A DNA stretch of 64,000 bases, taken from the NCBI GenBank assembly GCA_030141605.1, contig JAQGDQ010002370.1, positions 585,167 to 649,166 on the forward strand. Reading direction: 5' to 3'. This document shows positions 14,663-27,010 of this stretch, piece by piece (position 1 is the stretch's first letter; each line of letters begins with the position of its first letter). The translations under genes and the position numbers were made by a program. The DNA comes from Tubiluchus corallicola (lineage: Eukaryota > Animalia > Priapulida). Below the pieces are notes generated by a model. That model searched no databases and was not told the DNA's origin. It was given only the letters and a program-made list of their open reading frames with translations.

Positions 14663-15017
14663 TCAGGTAACAAATTATTGGGTTGCTTCAGCTCAAAAAG
14701 GCTTCTGATTTGTGGTGACTGTACATCAGCAAATTCAGTAAATATATAGATCACTTGGTGAAGGCTGTCGTAAAAAACTGTACATATATGTGTTTGTTCT
14801 TTTGGTGAATCCTGCTCTAGAATGTGTTTGTTCTTGCAGGTATTTTTGATCTAATGAATGGCACATGGTCTAATTATATGGATAAGTCTTCTACTAGTAA
14901 GATAGTCTTTGATTTACCTGTGTGTAAATGATCAGGTAACAAATTATCGGGCTGCTTCAGTGCAAAAAGGCTTCTGATTTGTGGTGACTGTACATCAGAA
15001 AACTCAGTAAATATATA
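14467..15017 (+). repeat. Tandem duplication (~278-bp unit) containing the last coding exon of paralogue A; second exon copy 14840-14931 is still in frame
   Basis: Unit starts tatagatcacttg at ~14467 and ~14745. Both copies have the acceptor tgtttgttcttgcag. Copy 2 reads GIFDLMNGTWSNYMDKSSTSKIVFDLPVCK* versus copy 1 GIFDLMNGKWSIYMDKASSSKGPVVVFDLPMGK*. Confidence 0.9.
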
Positions 15018-16510
15018 GGAGCCATTATTGATAGTAAAACCTCAACGTCAGGATATGAACGTGTCATCTCATACATGTAAAAAGCTTCATTGTTTTTAGA
15101 GTTAGAAAGATTTGTTCTTTTTTGATATCTGCTAGCTGTACAGAAAAATTGACTATTACATAATATGAATTACTGCAAAGCAAAAATGTCAAATTAGCAA
15201 ATCTGCTCAAAATTCTGCTCATTATGCATACGAAAAATTACTGTCTATGTATCCACTCTTCATATTGAGTTTTTTATGTCATTTCTACCTTGAATTTATG
15301 TTAAATAGTGCTATACTCATAATCACTACCTGTAAATGCATTGTAACATGAAAATGGTGCAAGATGGGCAACATTTTTGTAATGGACTTTGAACTGATGG
15401 TAGTGCTTTTGACGTTTGATTGTGTCTTTCAACTGAAATGTAACAAGATCACAAGTAATTATCACTAAAAAAAGCTCTACCAGAACCTGTTTTGATGAGT
15501 TAGAAGTTTAAAAGTGATTATTTGCTAGAATTATGATTAACAGGGGCAATTATGTCCCTCTATTGAGAACTTTGTAGTTTTAATTGTTACGTTTGGCAAA
15601 TTTTATTTGTAAACATCTGAAGCAATATTATCTTCTATTTTCATGTTTTTATGCAAAAGTAACGTATGTTAACTGTTAAATTTTAATTTAATTTAAAAAT
15701 CTGTTTGATTTTAAAAGTGAGTTGTATTATATAAAAATCAGTTAATCTATGTAAGTCCTTTTTCTGGACCATCTATTATGCATTGATGATTTTACTTTTT
15801 TGTCAATTCTAATCAAACTATGTTGCATTGTCGTCAGTTATCATGTTAGATAATGGAAAAATCTTATAATGCATTTAGCTAATAATTTATAAATCTGCAT
15901 AGTATTTACAGACTTGAGAATTTTACATGAATAGCATAATTCAGAAGATTGTTTATTAGTCTCATAGATCACAAATATAAATCATTTTTGGAAAAAAAAT
16001 TGGAATAAAAATTTTAACAGATTTCAGAAATTCTGTTGGTTTAACTACTATTTCATATTTGTTTCTGGAAGGTGAACAGGACTTAAAATACATATATTAC
16101 AATGTGATCGTGGTAAATAGTAGCAACGTTGTCTGTTTCTGTTTTGTCTTTCATGAGCATTTAGAAGACTACGTAGTCCAATAAATGGTAAAAAATTATG
16201 ATTGCAAATATGGAAAATGGACAGATACGGTACAGAATGTGTTATTGTCTAAACTGTGCATTCTCTGTGACGTATTCCATAATGTAGAGCTGTTCAGAAA
16301 GATAAGTCTTGCCTAAGTGCCTTCTAAGTGGTTGAAGATCCGTTCCAGGGGCCAGATTCATGTACGCATCGTAAATTTATACACTTAATGCATTGTCTTA
16401 CAACACCTCTAAGACAGTGTCGTAATCCTTAAGTAGCTGTCTTTGGGCACAAGTTGTCACAACTTCGCTGTTAATTCGAATTCATAAAACTGTCGTAAGG
16501 TTGTTATCGC

Positions 16511-18792
16511 ATATATTGATATTCTTGGTATGTTATATATATAGTGTCGATCTAGTGTCGTGCCATTGGGGGTTTATTTTTCGAATCCGGCCCACCGCGA
16601 GGAACGGGGGGCGAAAAACCTCCAAAAATGACTATTTTCGACCGTTTTTGCAAAACGTATACGTCTGAGATCTGGAGAACGGAAACGAGCCGAGGATGGT
16701 GCTGGCTATGGATAGATAGCCCGTTCAGCGTTGGGTGTAGTAGGCATATTTAGAATTCGCGAGAGGGCCAGGGCGCCCCGCAACGGGCGTTTTCCCGGAC
16801 CCAACTCGCGATTTTTTCGAAATTTTAACCAAACAGCATGCGGGAAAAACGTTCTAGCGTCGCCCGGTGGGACTCTCGGAAGGAGATATATAGCTCTTTA
16901 CAAAGAGGAAGGACAGGGCTACACGATGATGTAGGTTATATTTTAGGGCAGGTCCACCGAGAGGAGTATCAACGAGTTAATTACATGTTCTATTTTCCGC
17001 AAATTTCGACAATTTTCGCTTAGAAAACTGCTGACCGCATTCCATTGTTCTGACGTCATCCATTATTGCTTATAGCTTTAATTCAGCAAAAAGCTGCTTT
17101 GGGTTAGATAAACAGACATACAGTAGCTGCCTGCTGTACTCTGTCTATAACTTTAATTCAGTAAAAGCTACCTGCTGGCTTTGCGTTAGGTAAGTAGGCA
17201 GGATGTTACGGGCTTTGTGTTATAAATGAGGACTGTGTAGGATGTTCGTGTATTATTGATCACATGTGTATTTATACGCAAAATCTTTTGCGGGGCCTTT
17301 GCTAGTATATTAATATTCTTGGTATCTTAATATACATATTTAGATATAAGATTCCAGGCTACAGCTTCGACAAGGGCACCATTTGCGGCGATCTATACAT
17401 CAAACGAAAGGTCCCGATCTAGTGTCATGCCATTGATGGTTTATTTTTCGAATTGGGCCCACCGGAAGGAAGGGGGGGCGAAAAAAGCCCAAAAATGGCC
17501 ATTTTTGGCCGTTTTTTGCAAATTTTTTTCGAAATTTTGACCAAACAGCCTGCGGAAAAAACGTTCTAGCGACGCCTGGTGGGACTCTCGGAAGGAAATA
17601 TATGGCTCATCAGAAAGAGGAAGAACGGGGCTACACGATGATGTGGGCTATATTTTGGGGCAGGTCCACTGAGAGGAGTACCGACGAGTTAATTAGATGT
17701 TCTATTTTCGGCAATTTTCGCTTAGAAAACTGCTGACGCAATGCCATTGTTGTGACGTCATCCATTGTACTCTGTCTATAATCTTATAACTTTAATTCAG
17801 TAAAAGCGGCTTTGCATTAGATAAACAGACAAACAGTAGGTAGGATGTTTGTGTATTTTTGATTATACGTGTAAATTTATACGCAAAATTTTTTGCGGGG
17901 CCTTTGCTAGTCTCTTATATTAATATTCTTGGTATAGGCTTAATATATTTATTTATATATATATATATATATATAAGATTCGAGGCTACAGCTTTGACGA
18001 CGGCACCATTTGCGGCGATCTATACATCAAACGAAAGGTCTCGATCTAGTGTTGTGCCATTGATGGTTTATTTTTCGAATCGGGCCCACCGCGAGGAAGG
18101 GGGGGCGAAAAACCTCCAAAAATGGCCATTTTTCGGCCGTTTTTTGCAAAACTTATACCTCTTATTTCTGAAGAACGGGAACGGATCGAGGGTGGTGCTG
18201 GGTATGGATAGATAGCCCGTTCAGCGGTGGGTGTAGTAGGCATATTTAGAATTCCCGAGAGGGCCACGGCGCCCCGCAACGGGCGTTTTCCCGGACCCAA
18301 CTCGCGATTTTTTCGAAATTTTGACCAAACAGCCTGCGGGAAAAACGTTCTAGCGTCGCCCGGTGGGACTCTCGGAAGGAGATATATAGCTCTTTACAAA
18401 GAGGAAGGACAGGGCTACACGATGATGTAGGTTATATTTTAGGGCAGGTCCACCGAGAGGAGTATCAACGAGTTAGTTAGAGGTTCCATTTTCGGCGATT
18501 TTCGCTTAGAAAATTGCTGACGCAAAGGCAGACGCATTCCATTGTGCTGACGTCATCCACTGTGTCTATAACTTTAATTCAGCAAAAAGCTGCTTTGCAA
18601 CATACAGTAGGCAGGAGTAAACGCTGCTGGCTTTGCGTTAGGTAAGTAGGCAGGATGTTACGGGCTTTGCGTTATACATGAGGACTGTGTAGGATGTTCG
18701 CGTGTTATTGATTATACGTGGTTTTTTACGCAAAATCTTTTGCGGGGCCTTTGCTAGTCTCTTATATTAATATTCTTGGTATGGGCTTAATA

Positions 18793-18824
<32 letters not shown>

Positions 18825-19650
18825 AGATTCGAGGCTACAGCTTCGACGACGGCACCATTTGCGGCGATCTATACATCAAACGAAAGGTCTCGATCTAGTG
18901 TTGTGCCATTGATGGTTTATTTTTTTCGAATCGGGCCCACCGGGAGGAAGGGGGGGGGGCGAAAAACCTCCAAAAATGGCCATTTTTCGGCCGTTTTTTG
19001 CAAAACTTATACCTCTTATTTCTGAAGAACTGGAATGGGCCGAGGGTGGTGCTGGGTATGGATAGATAGCCCGTTCAGCGGTGGGTGTAGTAGGCATATT
19101 TAGAATTCCCGAGAGGACCACCGCGCCCCGCAACGGGCGTTTTCCCGGACCCAACTCGCGATTTTTTCGAAATTTTGACCAAACAGCATGCGGGAAAAAC
19201 GTTCTAGCGTCGCCCGGTGGGACTCTCGGAAGGAGATATATAGCTCTTTACAAAGAGGAAGGACAGGGCTACACGATGATGTAGGTTATATTTTAGGGCA
19301 GGTCCACCGAGAGGAGTATCAATGAGTTAATTACATGTTCTATTTTCCGCAAATTTCGACAATTTTCGCTTAGAAAACTGCTGACCGCATTCCATTGTTC
19401 TGACGTCATCCATTGTACTCTGTCTATAACTTTAATTCAGCAAAAAGCTGCTTTGCAGCATACAGTAGGCAGGAGTAAACGCTGCTGGCTTTGCGTTAGG
19501 TAAGTAGGCAGGATGTTACGGGCTTTGCGTTATACATGAGGACTGTGTAGGATGTTCGCGTGTTATTGATTATACGTGGTTTTTTACGCAAAATCTTTTG
19601 CGGGGCCTTTGCTAGTCTCTTATATTAATATTCTTGGTATGGGCTTAATA

Positions 19651-19682
<32 letters not shown>

Positions 19683-20416
19683 AGATTCGAGGCTACAGCT
19701 TCGACGACGGCACCATTTGCGGCGATCTATATATCAAACGAAAGGTCTCGATCTAGTGTTGTGCCATTGATGGTTTATTTTTTTTCGAATCGGGCTCACC
19801 GGGAGGGGGGGGCGGAAAACCTCCAAAAATGACCATTTTTCGGTCGTTTTTTGCAAAACTTATACCTCTTATTTCTGAAGAACTGGAATGGGCCGAGGGT
19901 GGTGCTGGGTATGGATAGATAGCCCGTTCAGCGGTGGGTGTAGTAGGCATATTTAGAATTCCCGAGAGGACCACCGCGCCCCGCAACGGGCGTTTTCCCG
20001 GACCCAACTCGATTTTTCCGAAATTTTGACCAAACAGCATACGGAAAAAACGTTCTAGCGTCGCCTGGTGGGACTCTCGGAAGGAGATATACAGCTCTTT
20101 ACAAAGAGGAAGGACAGGGCTACACGATGATGTGGGTTATATTTTAGGTCAGGTCCACCGAGAGGAGTACTGGCAAGTTAATTAGATGTTCTATTTTCGA
20201 CAATTTTCGCTTAGAAAACTGCTGACGCATGCCATTGTAGTGACGTCATCCATTGTACTCTGCTTACAGCTTTAATTCAGCAAAAAGCTGCTTTGCGTTA
20301 GATAAACAGACATACAGTAGGCAGGATGTTATGGGCTTTGTGTTATAAATGAGGACTAGGTAGAATGTTCGCGTATTATTGATTATACACAACATCTTTT
20401 GCGGGGCCTGTGCTAG
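16511..20416 (+). mobile_element. Head-to-tail array of five non-autonomous Helitron-like elements (~600-860 bp units)
   Basis: Units end in CTAG at 17305, 17910, 18757, 19615 and 20416, preceded by the hairpin cgcaaaa-tc-ttttgcg (degraded in the last unit). Units 3-5 start TC (tctcttatattaat) and have a (TA)n tract near the 5' end. Unit 2 has an internal deletion. Confidence 0.8.
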
Positions 20417-21090
20417 TAAGAATTATTAATGCACTCCAGGATGCAACGGAAGATGCCCATGAATCTCTGAGCCAAGCCAAACTGATCGAGTACTGGAGAT
20501 TGGCCAGAAAGTACTAATTCTTATGCCTGAAGGGAAAGGAAAAATGCAGAGACACTATCGCGGCCCATACGTAGTAACTGACAAGGTGTCAGACCTCACA
20601 TATAAAATCAACATTGGTGGTAAAGGAAAACGGGCAAATGTTAAAACGTATCACATTAATCTGCTCAAGCCCTTTGTGGATCGTGATGGGAACAGCTTTA
20701 TTTGCCAGATGTGAGGAGAGCAGACTTGTGCCACCTGCCAGCAATATTGATAATGATTGGGTTGAGGACGATTCAAATAATCAGGAGCCAGACAGTGAAC
20801 GTTTGTGTAAATTGCCAGATTATGCTTTCCCACCTACAGCAAGTGCCACCCAAAGTGTAGCTGATATAACTTTACCTGCTGAACTTACTGAAGAGCAGAA
20901 GGAAGAGCTGATGAAAGTCCTCCGAGATTTCTCTGAAACTTTTACTGACCTTCCCGGAAGGACATCAGTAGTTGAGCACGAGATAATCCTCTCAGATCCT
21001 ACACCAGTCAGACAGAGACCATATCGTATCCCACAGGCCCAAAAAGAACTGGTCAGGAAAGAGCTGATGGAAATGCAGAAACTACAAGTT
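20417..21090 (+). mobile_element. Degenerate Gypsy (Gmr1-like) LTR-retrotransposon pol fragment: integrase C-terminus followed by RT N-terminus
   Basis: YRGPYVVTDKVSDLTYKI...YHINLLKPF is the GPY/F integrase tail. After a frameshift near 20690 the sequence reads LTEEQKEELMKVLRDFSETFTDLPGRTSVVEHEIILSDPTPVRQRPYRIPQAQKELVRKELMEM, the pre-RT region of Gypsy pol. Confidence 0.85.
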
Positions 21091-21984
21091 GGTCGTCGAT
21101 CAGAATCCTTGTGCCGGTAATCCTTTATCCACTTGATAATTTTAATACTTTCTATCAAATGTATTACAAGGTAGCACGAAAACTGATCAGGTTTGTTACA
21201 AGGCAGATTCCCCGCCATCACAGTCTCTAGTAGGTTGAGTATTGAGGGTCAAGTAGGTTGAGTGTTGAGGGTCAACATCTGATAGGTCAGGTTTTAGTGC
21301 ATTCTGCAACGGCAAACTTTGGGTAAAGTTTATATCACACTCATTTGCTCGCTCGCTCACTCACTCACTCACTCATTCACTCACTCACCCCTAAATTTAT
21401 TAGATTAAAATTTAATCATGTAACTATTAGGACCCTTTTTGTAGTAGCTTTTTTGTCACACTGAAACTCTGACTTGCAGATAATTTTACAGGGTGAACAT
21501 TCTATTCCATTGAAGTGAATATAACTGTGATAATGGTGAAAAGAGCTTTGCTTATCACAAAATAATTTTATGGGTATCCGTACGTGCCAGCGTGAAACTT
21601 TTACGTCATCATCTAGCTTACAGCCTAAGGTTTTTCTCGGAGATTGAATAGTTTATCTCACTTTAAAATTTTCTTAGAATTTCGTTGACACAGTGGCAAG
21701 TCATATGCCTCAAATTTCAATTGTGCTCAGATTATAAATACTTTGCAATTTTAGTAAAACGATTAATGTTTGTCTTTCCAACTATTTGCTGGTCAATGCT
21801 TATTGGCAATAGTTATTGTCTTAATGGACAAGAAAAGGGGTGATTGAATTAGGCTTCAGAAAAATCGTCTTAAAAATTATATTACTTTACATTAATTTTA
21901 TGCGTATATCGTACTCGTGTTGAAAGGAATTTTTGTTTATTTTCATTTTAAATCCCCCGTGATGCTGTACCGATTGCACCATTA

Positions 21985-23752
21985 CATGACGTCATATATA
22001 CACAATCAGTGGAAGAAAAGGAAATGTTAAACTATGTCCCAAAAAACTTTCCATGCAAAGTTATGTTACATAGTATTTCGCTATCCTGCTGGAAAGACTT
22101 ATGTAACTACAAAAGAAAATTATTAATTATTTAAAATGTTTTCACGAATTGGTAAAATGTCGCAGACTTACCCTCCAGGGTGCGCCACTCACAAACCAAT
22201 AACGTATTTTTAATCTTATTAACAAGATAGTAATTTAAAATTTTGCTCAGTTAGTGACGTGTGCGCTACGAATGCTGTGATTATTTTCCAAAGTTTACAC
22301 AATGTTATCTAAACTTGTTTCAAATGACTTATCATCAAAATGGCTGCGCCTAACGGTCTTCGCGGGAGTTTAGATTTACACGTTTTCTACAGCGTGACTG
22401 CCGACGAAAGCCCTGCATGCAAACAGGCAATACGTAATTACAAAATTCAAAACGAATTTTTAAGCTTGTAAATGGAGGATTTTCATGTGCTTTAATTAAA
22501 CAAGTTTAAAAAGAAGCGCCGATTCTTTAGTTTGAATTTCGTTATTATTTTTCATCAACAGACTTACTTCATTTTCAAGCTGCTGCCTGCTTTTAGTTAT
22601 TTACTTAGTACCAAAATTAAGAAATAATTAGTGTCACTAGTTAATTGTATTACGTTAGTTAATTATTGCAAAGCATAACAAATTAGGCCTGTAGTTGGTA
22701 GAAGAGGGTTAAATTAGGAAAGGGGAGCTTCTTCAGTCACAAACGTGTTTTGCTAAATTTGGTAACATCATTTTGACACCAAATTTTATGCCCATTTCAC
22801 ACCCGAAAACTTAAAAAGCCCAATTCTTATTAGAATATACTAACATTAAAATTAATTAATAGTTAGTTAAGTTAAGTTAGTCTGAAAATTTTACAAAATC
22901 ATCAATTATGCAAAGTTCAGACGTGATACAGCACGTATTCAAAAATCAACACGTATATTTTGTAAAATTTTGACTATTTTAGTTAGTATTTAGATTAACT
23001 ACTTTAATTAGTTTTAATTAAGAAATAGAATCATACCTACTAACTCCCTTATAACAGTAGGAATTGCTGTGATGGCAGCTTGAGTTATGAAGTCTTATAT
23101 GATCAAAAATATGTTCGGTACCTCTTATAAGACATCTTACGTTTGGAAGTTAAATCTTACCCTTTTCGGTAGCTTTGTGAATACAAATAAGGAATATTGG
23201 ACGTTTTTAGACCAGCTTTACTTAAAGCACAAGGAAACCCTCCACTTACATAAAGTTTAAAAAGTTCGTCCTGAAATTTTATACCACTTACAAACTGCCT
23301 TTTTGCATACGGGGCTTGAGTTGGCAGCAAAGCTGTATAAAACGTGTAAATATTTAAACTCCCGCGATCACCTTTAGACACAGTCATTTTGGTAGTAGGT
23401 CATTTGAAACAAATTTAGATAATGTTGTGTAAACTTTGAAAAAATAATCAAGAGCATTCGTAACACACACGTCACTAATTAAGTAAAAATTTTAAATTAT
23501 TGTATCTTCTCAATAAGATTAAAAAACACGTTCTTGGTTAGTGAGTGGTGCACCCCTGGAGGGTGAGTCAGTGACATTTTACCAATTGATAAAAACATTT
23601 TAAATAATTAAAAATTTTCTTTTCTAGTTACATAAGTCTTTCCAGCAAGTAAGCGAAAACCAAGTAATGTAATTTTGCATGGAAAGTTTTTTGGGGACAT
23701 AGTTTAACATTTCCTTTTCTTTCTCTAATTTACGTTGTGTATATATGACGTC
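21985..23752. repeat. Long imperfect inverted repeat (arms ~21985-22512 and ~23200-23752), foldback-like
   Basis: Left tgacgtcatatatacacaa...aaaggaaatgttaaactatgtccc...ccctccaggggtgcgccactcac pairs with right gtgagtggtgcacccctggaggg...gggacatagtttaacatttcc...gtgtatatatgacgtca. A short inner inverted pair lies at ~22878-22900 / ~22957-22976. Confidence 0.8.
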
Positions 23753-23777
23753 ACGCATGCTTTGTTTTTAATGATCT

Positions 23778-23891
23778 CGTTTATCAGACCTGCGTTATTG
23801 CGTTAGATTTTTCTGCAGTCACGCCTTTTGATTGTTTATGCGCAGCTGGATACGCAATAACGCATAACGCATTGCGGATGTCTGATAAACG
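23778..23891. mobile_element. Small MITE-like inverted repeat
   Basis: cgtttatcagac ... gtctgataaacg termini with internal gcgttattgcg / cgcaataacgc. Confidence 0.5.
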
Positions 23892-23960
23892 CTGATTTAG
23901 TGTGCTTTAAATTTAATCCATTTTCGCCGTAGTCTTTTTACTTCCTTCATCACGTTGTTT

Positions 23961-24090
23961 CAGATTCGCGACCAGCTGTAAACGTCAAAATTAGACTGTG
24001 AAGAGCTAACACACCACAAGAACTTTCAGATTCGCACAGCAGTAAACGTCAAAATTAGACTGTGAAGAGCTAACACACCACATGAACTTT
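23961..24090 (+). repeat. ~66-bp tandem duplication
   Basis: cagattcgc...gtaaacgtcaaaattagactgtgaagagctaacacaccac(a/t)gaacttt occurs twice. Confidence 0.85.
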
Positions 24091-24689
24091 TGCTGATTAA
24101 AAAATACCATCTAGCTATCATAAGCAGAGCTTCAGTGTGAACTTGGTAAGTTTTGTATCCATGATTTTGTACTGAATGAGAGCATGAATATCAGAATTAA
24201 AATTTTTAAATACAGTTTATGAAGTTAGCACCAGTACTCATATATCCTGGGCTGTCACTAATGTTGGATGCTATAATTTTTTCTGTAACTGACAGTAACA
24301 AAAGCAACAGTGCAAAGTAATAATTGACCAACACATTTGGTTGCATAAATTAAAAAAAAGTTTTCTGCAACAGTAAATTAACTTCAACTTTGCTTCCCAA
24401 GTCTCCATCTTGTAGTTTTCCGTTTAGACAAACGATATTTCTATAAAATTTATTTTGGAACTAAACCATTCTTGATTAATTATTCCTGCTTTCCAAAGTT
24501 TCTGCTGTTGTAAAAATATGCGGTGCTTTGAAAGTTCTTGGTTACATGTATATTAAGTTTTGTGGTAATTATTGAAAAACTTGAGGTTGAATGCTACAAG
24601 AATGAAGTACTTATTGCGTTTGGAAATGATCCAGATTCGAAACAGGGTGTACACAGTAGTATAAACCACGAGCAGACTAAACCCTCCTT

Positions 24690-25770
24690 ACAAGAATGAT
24701 AACAGCATTCTTACCGAACATTACAGGATAATCATTTCAAGATTCAGAATTGCCACTACATACGAATTGAGACTGGCAGGTGGAGCAGGATGAAACAGGA
24801 AAATGGAATATGTCAATTTTGTGATTTCAATGTTATTCAGGCCCTTACTCATGCGGTCTTAGAATGTCCCGAAACTAAATAAGCTGAATGTCAATTTTGT
24901 GATTTGAACGTTGTTCAAACGCTTACTCATGCGATCTTAAAATGTCCCGAAACTAAATATGCTGAATGTCAATTTTGTGATTTGAACGTTGTTCAAACGT
25001 TTACTCATGCGGTCTTAAAATGTCCCGAAACAAAATATGCTGAATGTCAATTTTGTGATTTGAATGTTGTTCAAACGCTTACTCATGCGATCTTAAAATG
25101 TCCCGAAACTAAATATGCTGAATGTCAATTTTGTGATTTGAATGTTATTCAGGCCCTTACTCATGCGGTCTTAGAATGTCCCGAAACTAAATATGCTGAA
25201 TGTCAATTTTGTGATTTGAACGTTGTTCAAACGCTTACTCATGCGATCTTAAAATGTCCCGAAACTAAATATGCTGAATGTCAATTTTGTGATTTGAACG
25301 TTGTTCAAACGTTTACTCATGCGGTCTTAAAATGTCCCGAAACAAAATATGCTGAATGTCAATTTTGTGATTTGAATGTTGTTCAAACGCTTACTCATGC
25401 GATCTTAAAATGTCCCGAAACTAAATATGCTGAATGTCAATTTTGTGATTTGAATGTTATTCAGGCCCTTACTCATGCGGTCTTAGAATGTCCCGAAACT
25501 AAATATGCTGAATGTCAATTTTGTGATTTGAACGTTGTTCAAACGCTTACTCATGCGATCTTAAAATGTCCCGAAACTAAATATGCTGAATGTCAATTTT
25601 GTGATTTGAATGTTGTTCAGACTTACTCATGCGGTCTTAAAATGTCCCGAAACTAAATATGCTGACTATGTCGAACATATCAACTGTTTTATGACACAAT
25701 TTACTGTAAACAAAGTCAAATATACGCATAAATTTGAAAAACTTTGTGGAAATGATCTTTAATTACTTCA
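24690..25770 (+). mobile_element. 3' end of a non-LTR retrotransposon with its CCHC zinc knuckle amplified as an 11-copy 78-bp tandem array (24811-25666)
   Basis: Upstream remnant RIIISRFRIA..(frameshift)..RIETGRWSRMKQENGICQFCDFNVIQALTHAVLECP resembles the C-terminus of LINE ORF2. Units start at 24811+78n, each encoding CQFCDLNVVQTLTHAILKCPETKYAE. Confidence 0.85.
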
Positions 25771-25870
25771 GTTCACTTCAGTTTCATGGCAGTAGACCTA
25801 GTAGTTTTTTGGTAAGCGAAGTATTTAGCACTATTGTAGCAGTTTACCAATAAGACTTACATGTCATCTT

Positions 25871-27010
25871 CAGGGCCGGTTTTAAGCCAATTTGACAGAT
25901 TTCTTCAAATTGGACCTCGCGCCAAGAGGGGCCCCGCTTTCAACACTCTCTGGTCGAGGACTCTGTGATGAATTAATGAACGTCTGGTGTGTTTGAAGTA
26001 TCTTGATGTTGTGAACGCAGTGCAAATCTTCAGTCTGTTCCCGTATATCTGCGTTTCAATGTTTTTTATTGATCGTTTCTTTATTAATTATGTCAGTAAT
26101 TATCTTGACTTGTAATAAAACATTAAATATTTCATACAGGTTTTCAACTTCTAGTACATATCATTTTTTCTAATGTGGAGCCTCAAGCCCTCAACGTTTT
26201 TTGGCTGGGACTGGCGTGCTACACGGTGCGCATAAAACATCATCAATCTTCAGCTTTTGTAGGGTAGAGGGCACCACTAACAGTTTTCTAGTTAGGTCCC
26301 GCATTTCCTAACACCTACCCTTCAACTCTAGTTAAACTAAACTCTCTACAACGTAAATTTATAAGATTGATTTATAAGAATTATTCTATCCTAGTGCTAA
26401 ATGATCTAATAAACCTGAATACCGCTGTTTACATCTACATAACCAAACATAAACTTCTCCCTGCTTTCTTTTTAAACCTATTAGCTATTAACGTAAGACA
26501 TTACTCAACAAGATTTAGCGAATTTCGTATTAAGTATTGCAGGACTGATGCGGCAAGGCACTTCATCGCTAACACTGACCCTAGACTTATTGTTTATCTA
26601 TAAATAACTTCAAAAGAAATTTCAAAAGTGAAATCTTTTCTAATTATACAGAATAAATCAATTTGATTAATTACACTGCTGTCCCTGTCGGAATCCATTG
26701 TGTTGCTATGTCAATTTTTACATTTCTATAGTTCATGTTACTTCATACAGATACCATCACACCTTTCTTCTTCTTTCTATTCTCTATTAACCTTTCCTTC
26801 TACTCCTTTAGTGCTCTTTTCTATTACACTCAGTCCACATTCATTTGGGGTACTCCAAACAAGTAATTACTTCTTGAGTACCCCACGAGTAATTTGCGGC
26901 TTGGCATCTTGTGCACATAATAATAAATATATTATTAAATACTTTTATGTACAATGCTGTAATAATCATTGTGGATATATTAAATAAATAAATAAAAAAC
27001 ACTGACCCTG
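25871..27010. mobile_element. hAT-like MITE (CAGGG...CCCTG ends) interrupted near its right end by a LINE fragment
   Basis: Left end cagggccggttttaag...aggggccccgc. The right end reconstitutes as ggtcccgcatttcctaacac + tgaccctg once the 26315-26997 insert is removed. Confidence 0.5.
26315..26997 (+). mobile_element. 5'-truncated L2/CR1-group LINE tail
   Basis: LNSLQRKFIRLI..YSILVLNDLINLNTAVYIY..HKLLPAFF..RHYSTR..YCRT..FIANTDPRL resembles the post-RT region of L2/Crack/Daphne elements. Ends in a (TAAA)n tail and is flanked by aacac on both sides (putative TSD). Confidence 0.7.

Noticed and set aside
16731-20040. Repeated 67-118 aa ORFs (MGVVGIFRI...)
   Set aside because: Recurring pieces of the Helitron-like tandem unit. 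Indels between copies do not respect frame.
24811-25666. CRISPR-like array or a bona fide C2H2/CCHC zinc-finger gene
   Set aside because: No unique spacers and the context is eukaryotic. The unit derives from a LINE 3' end, with a stop in unit 1 and no ATG start.
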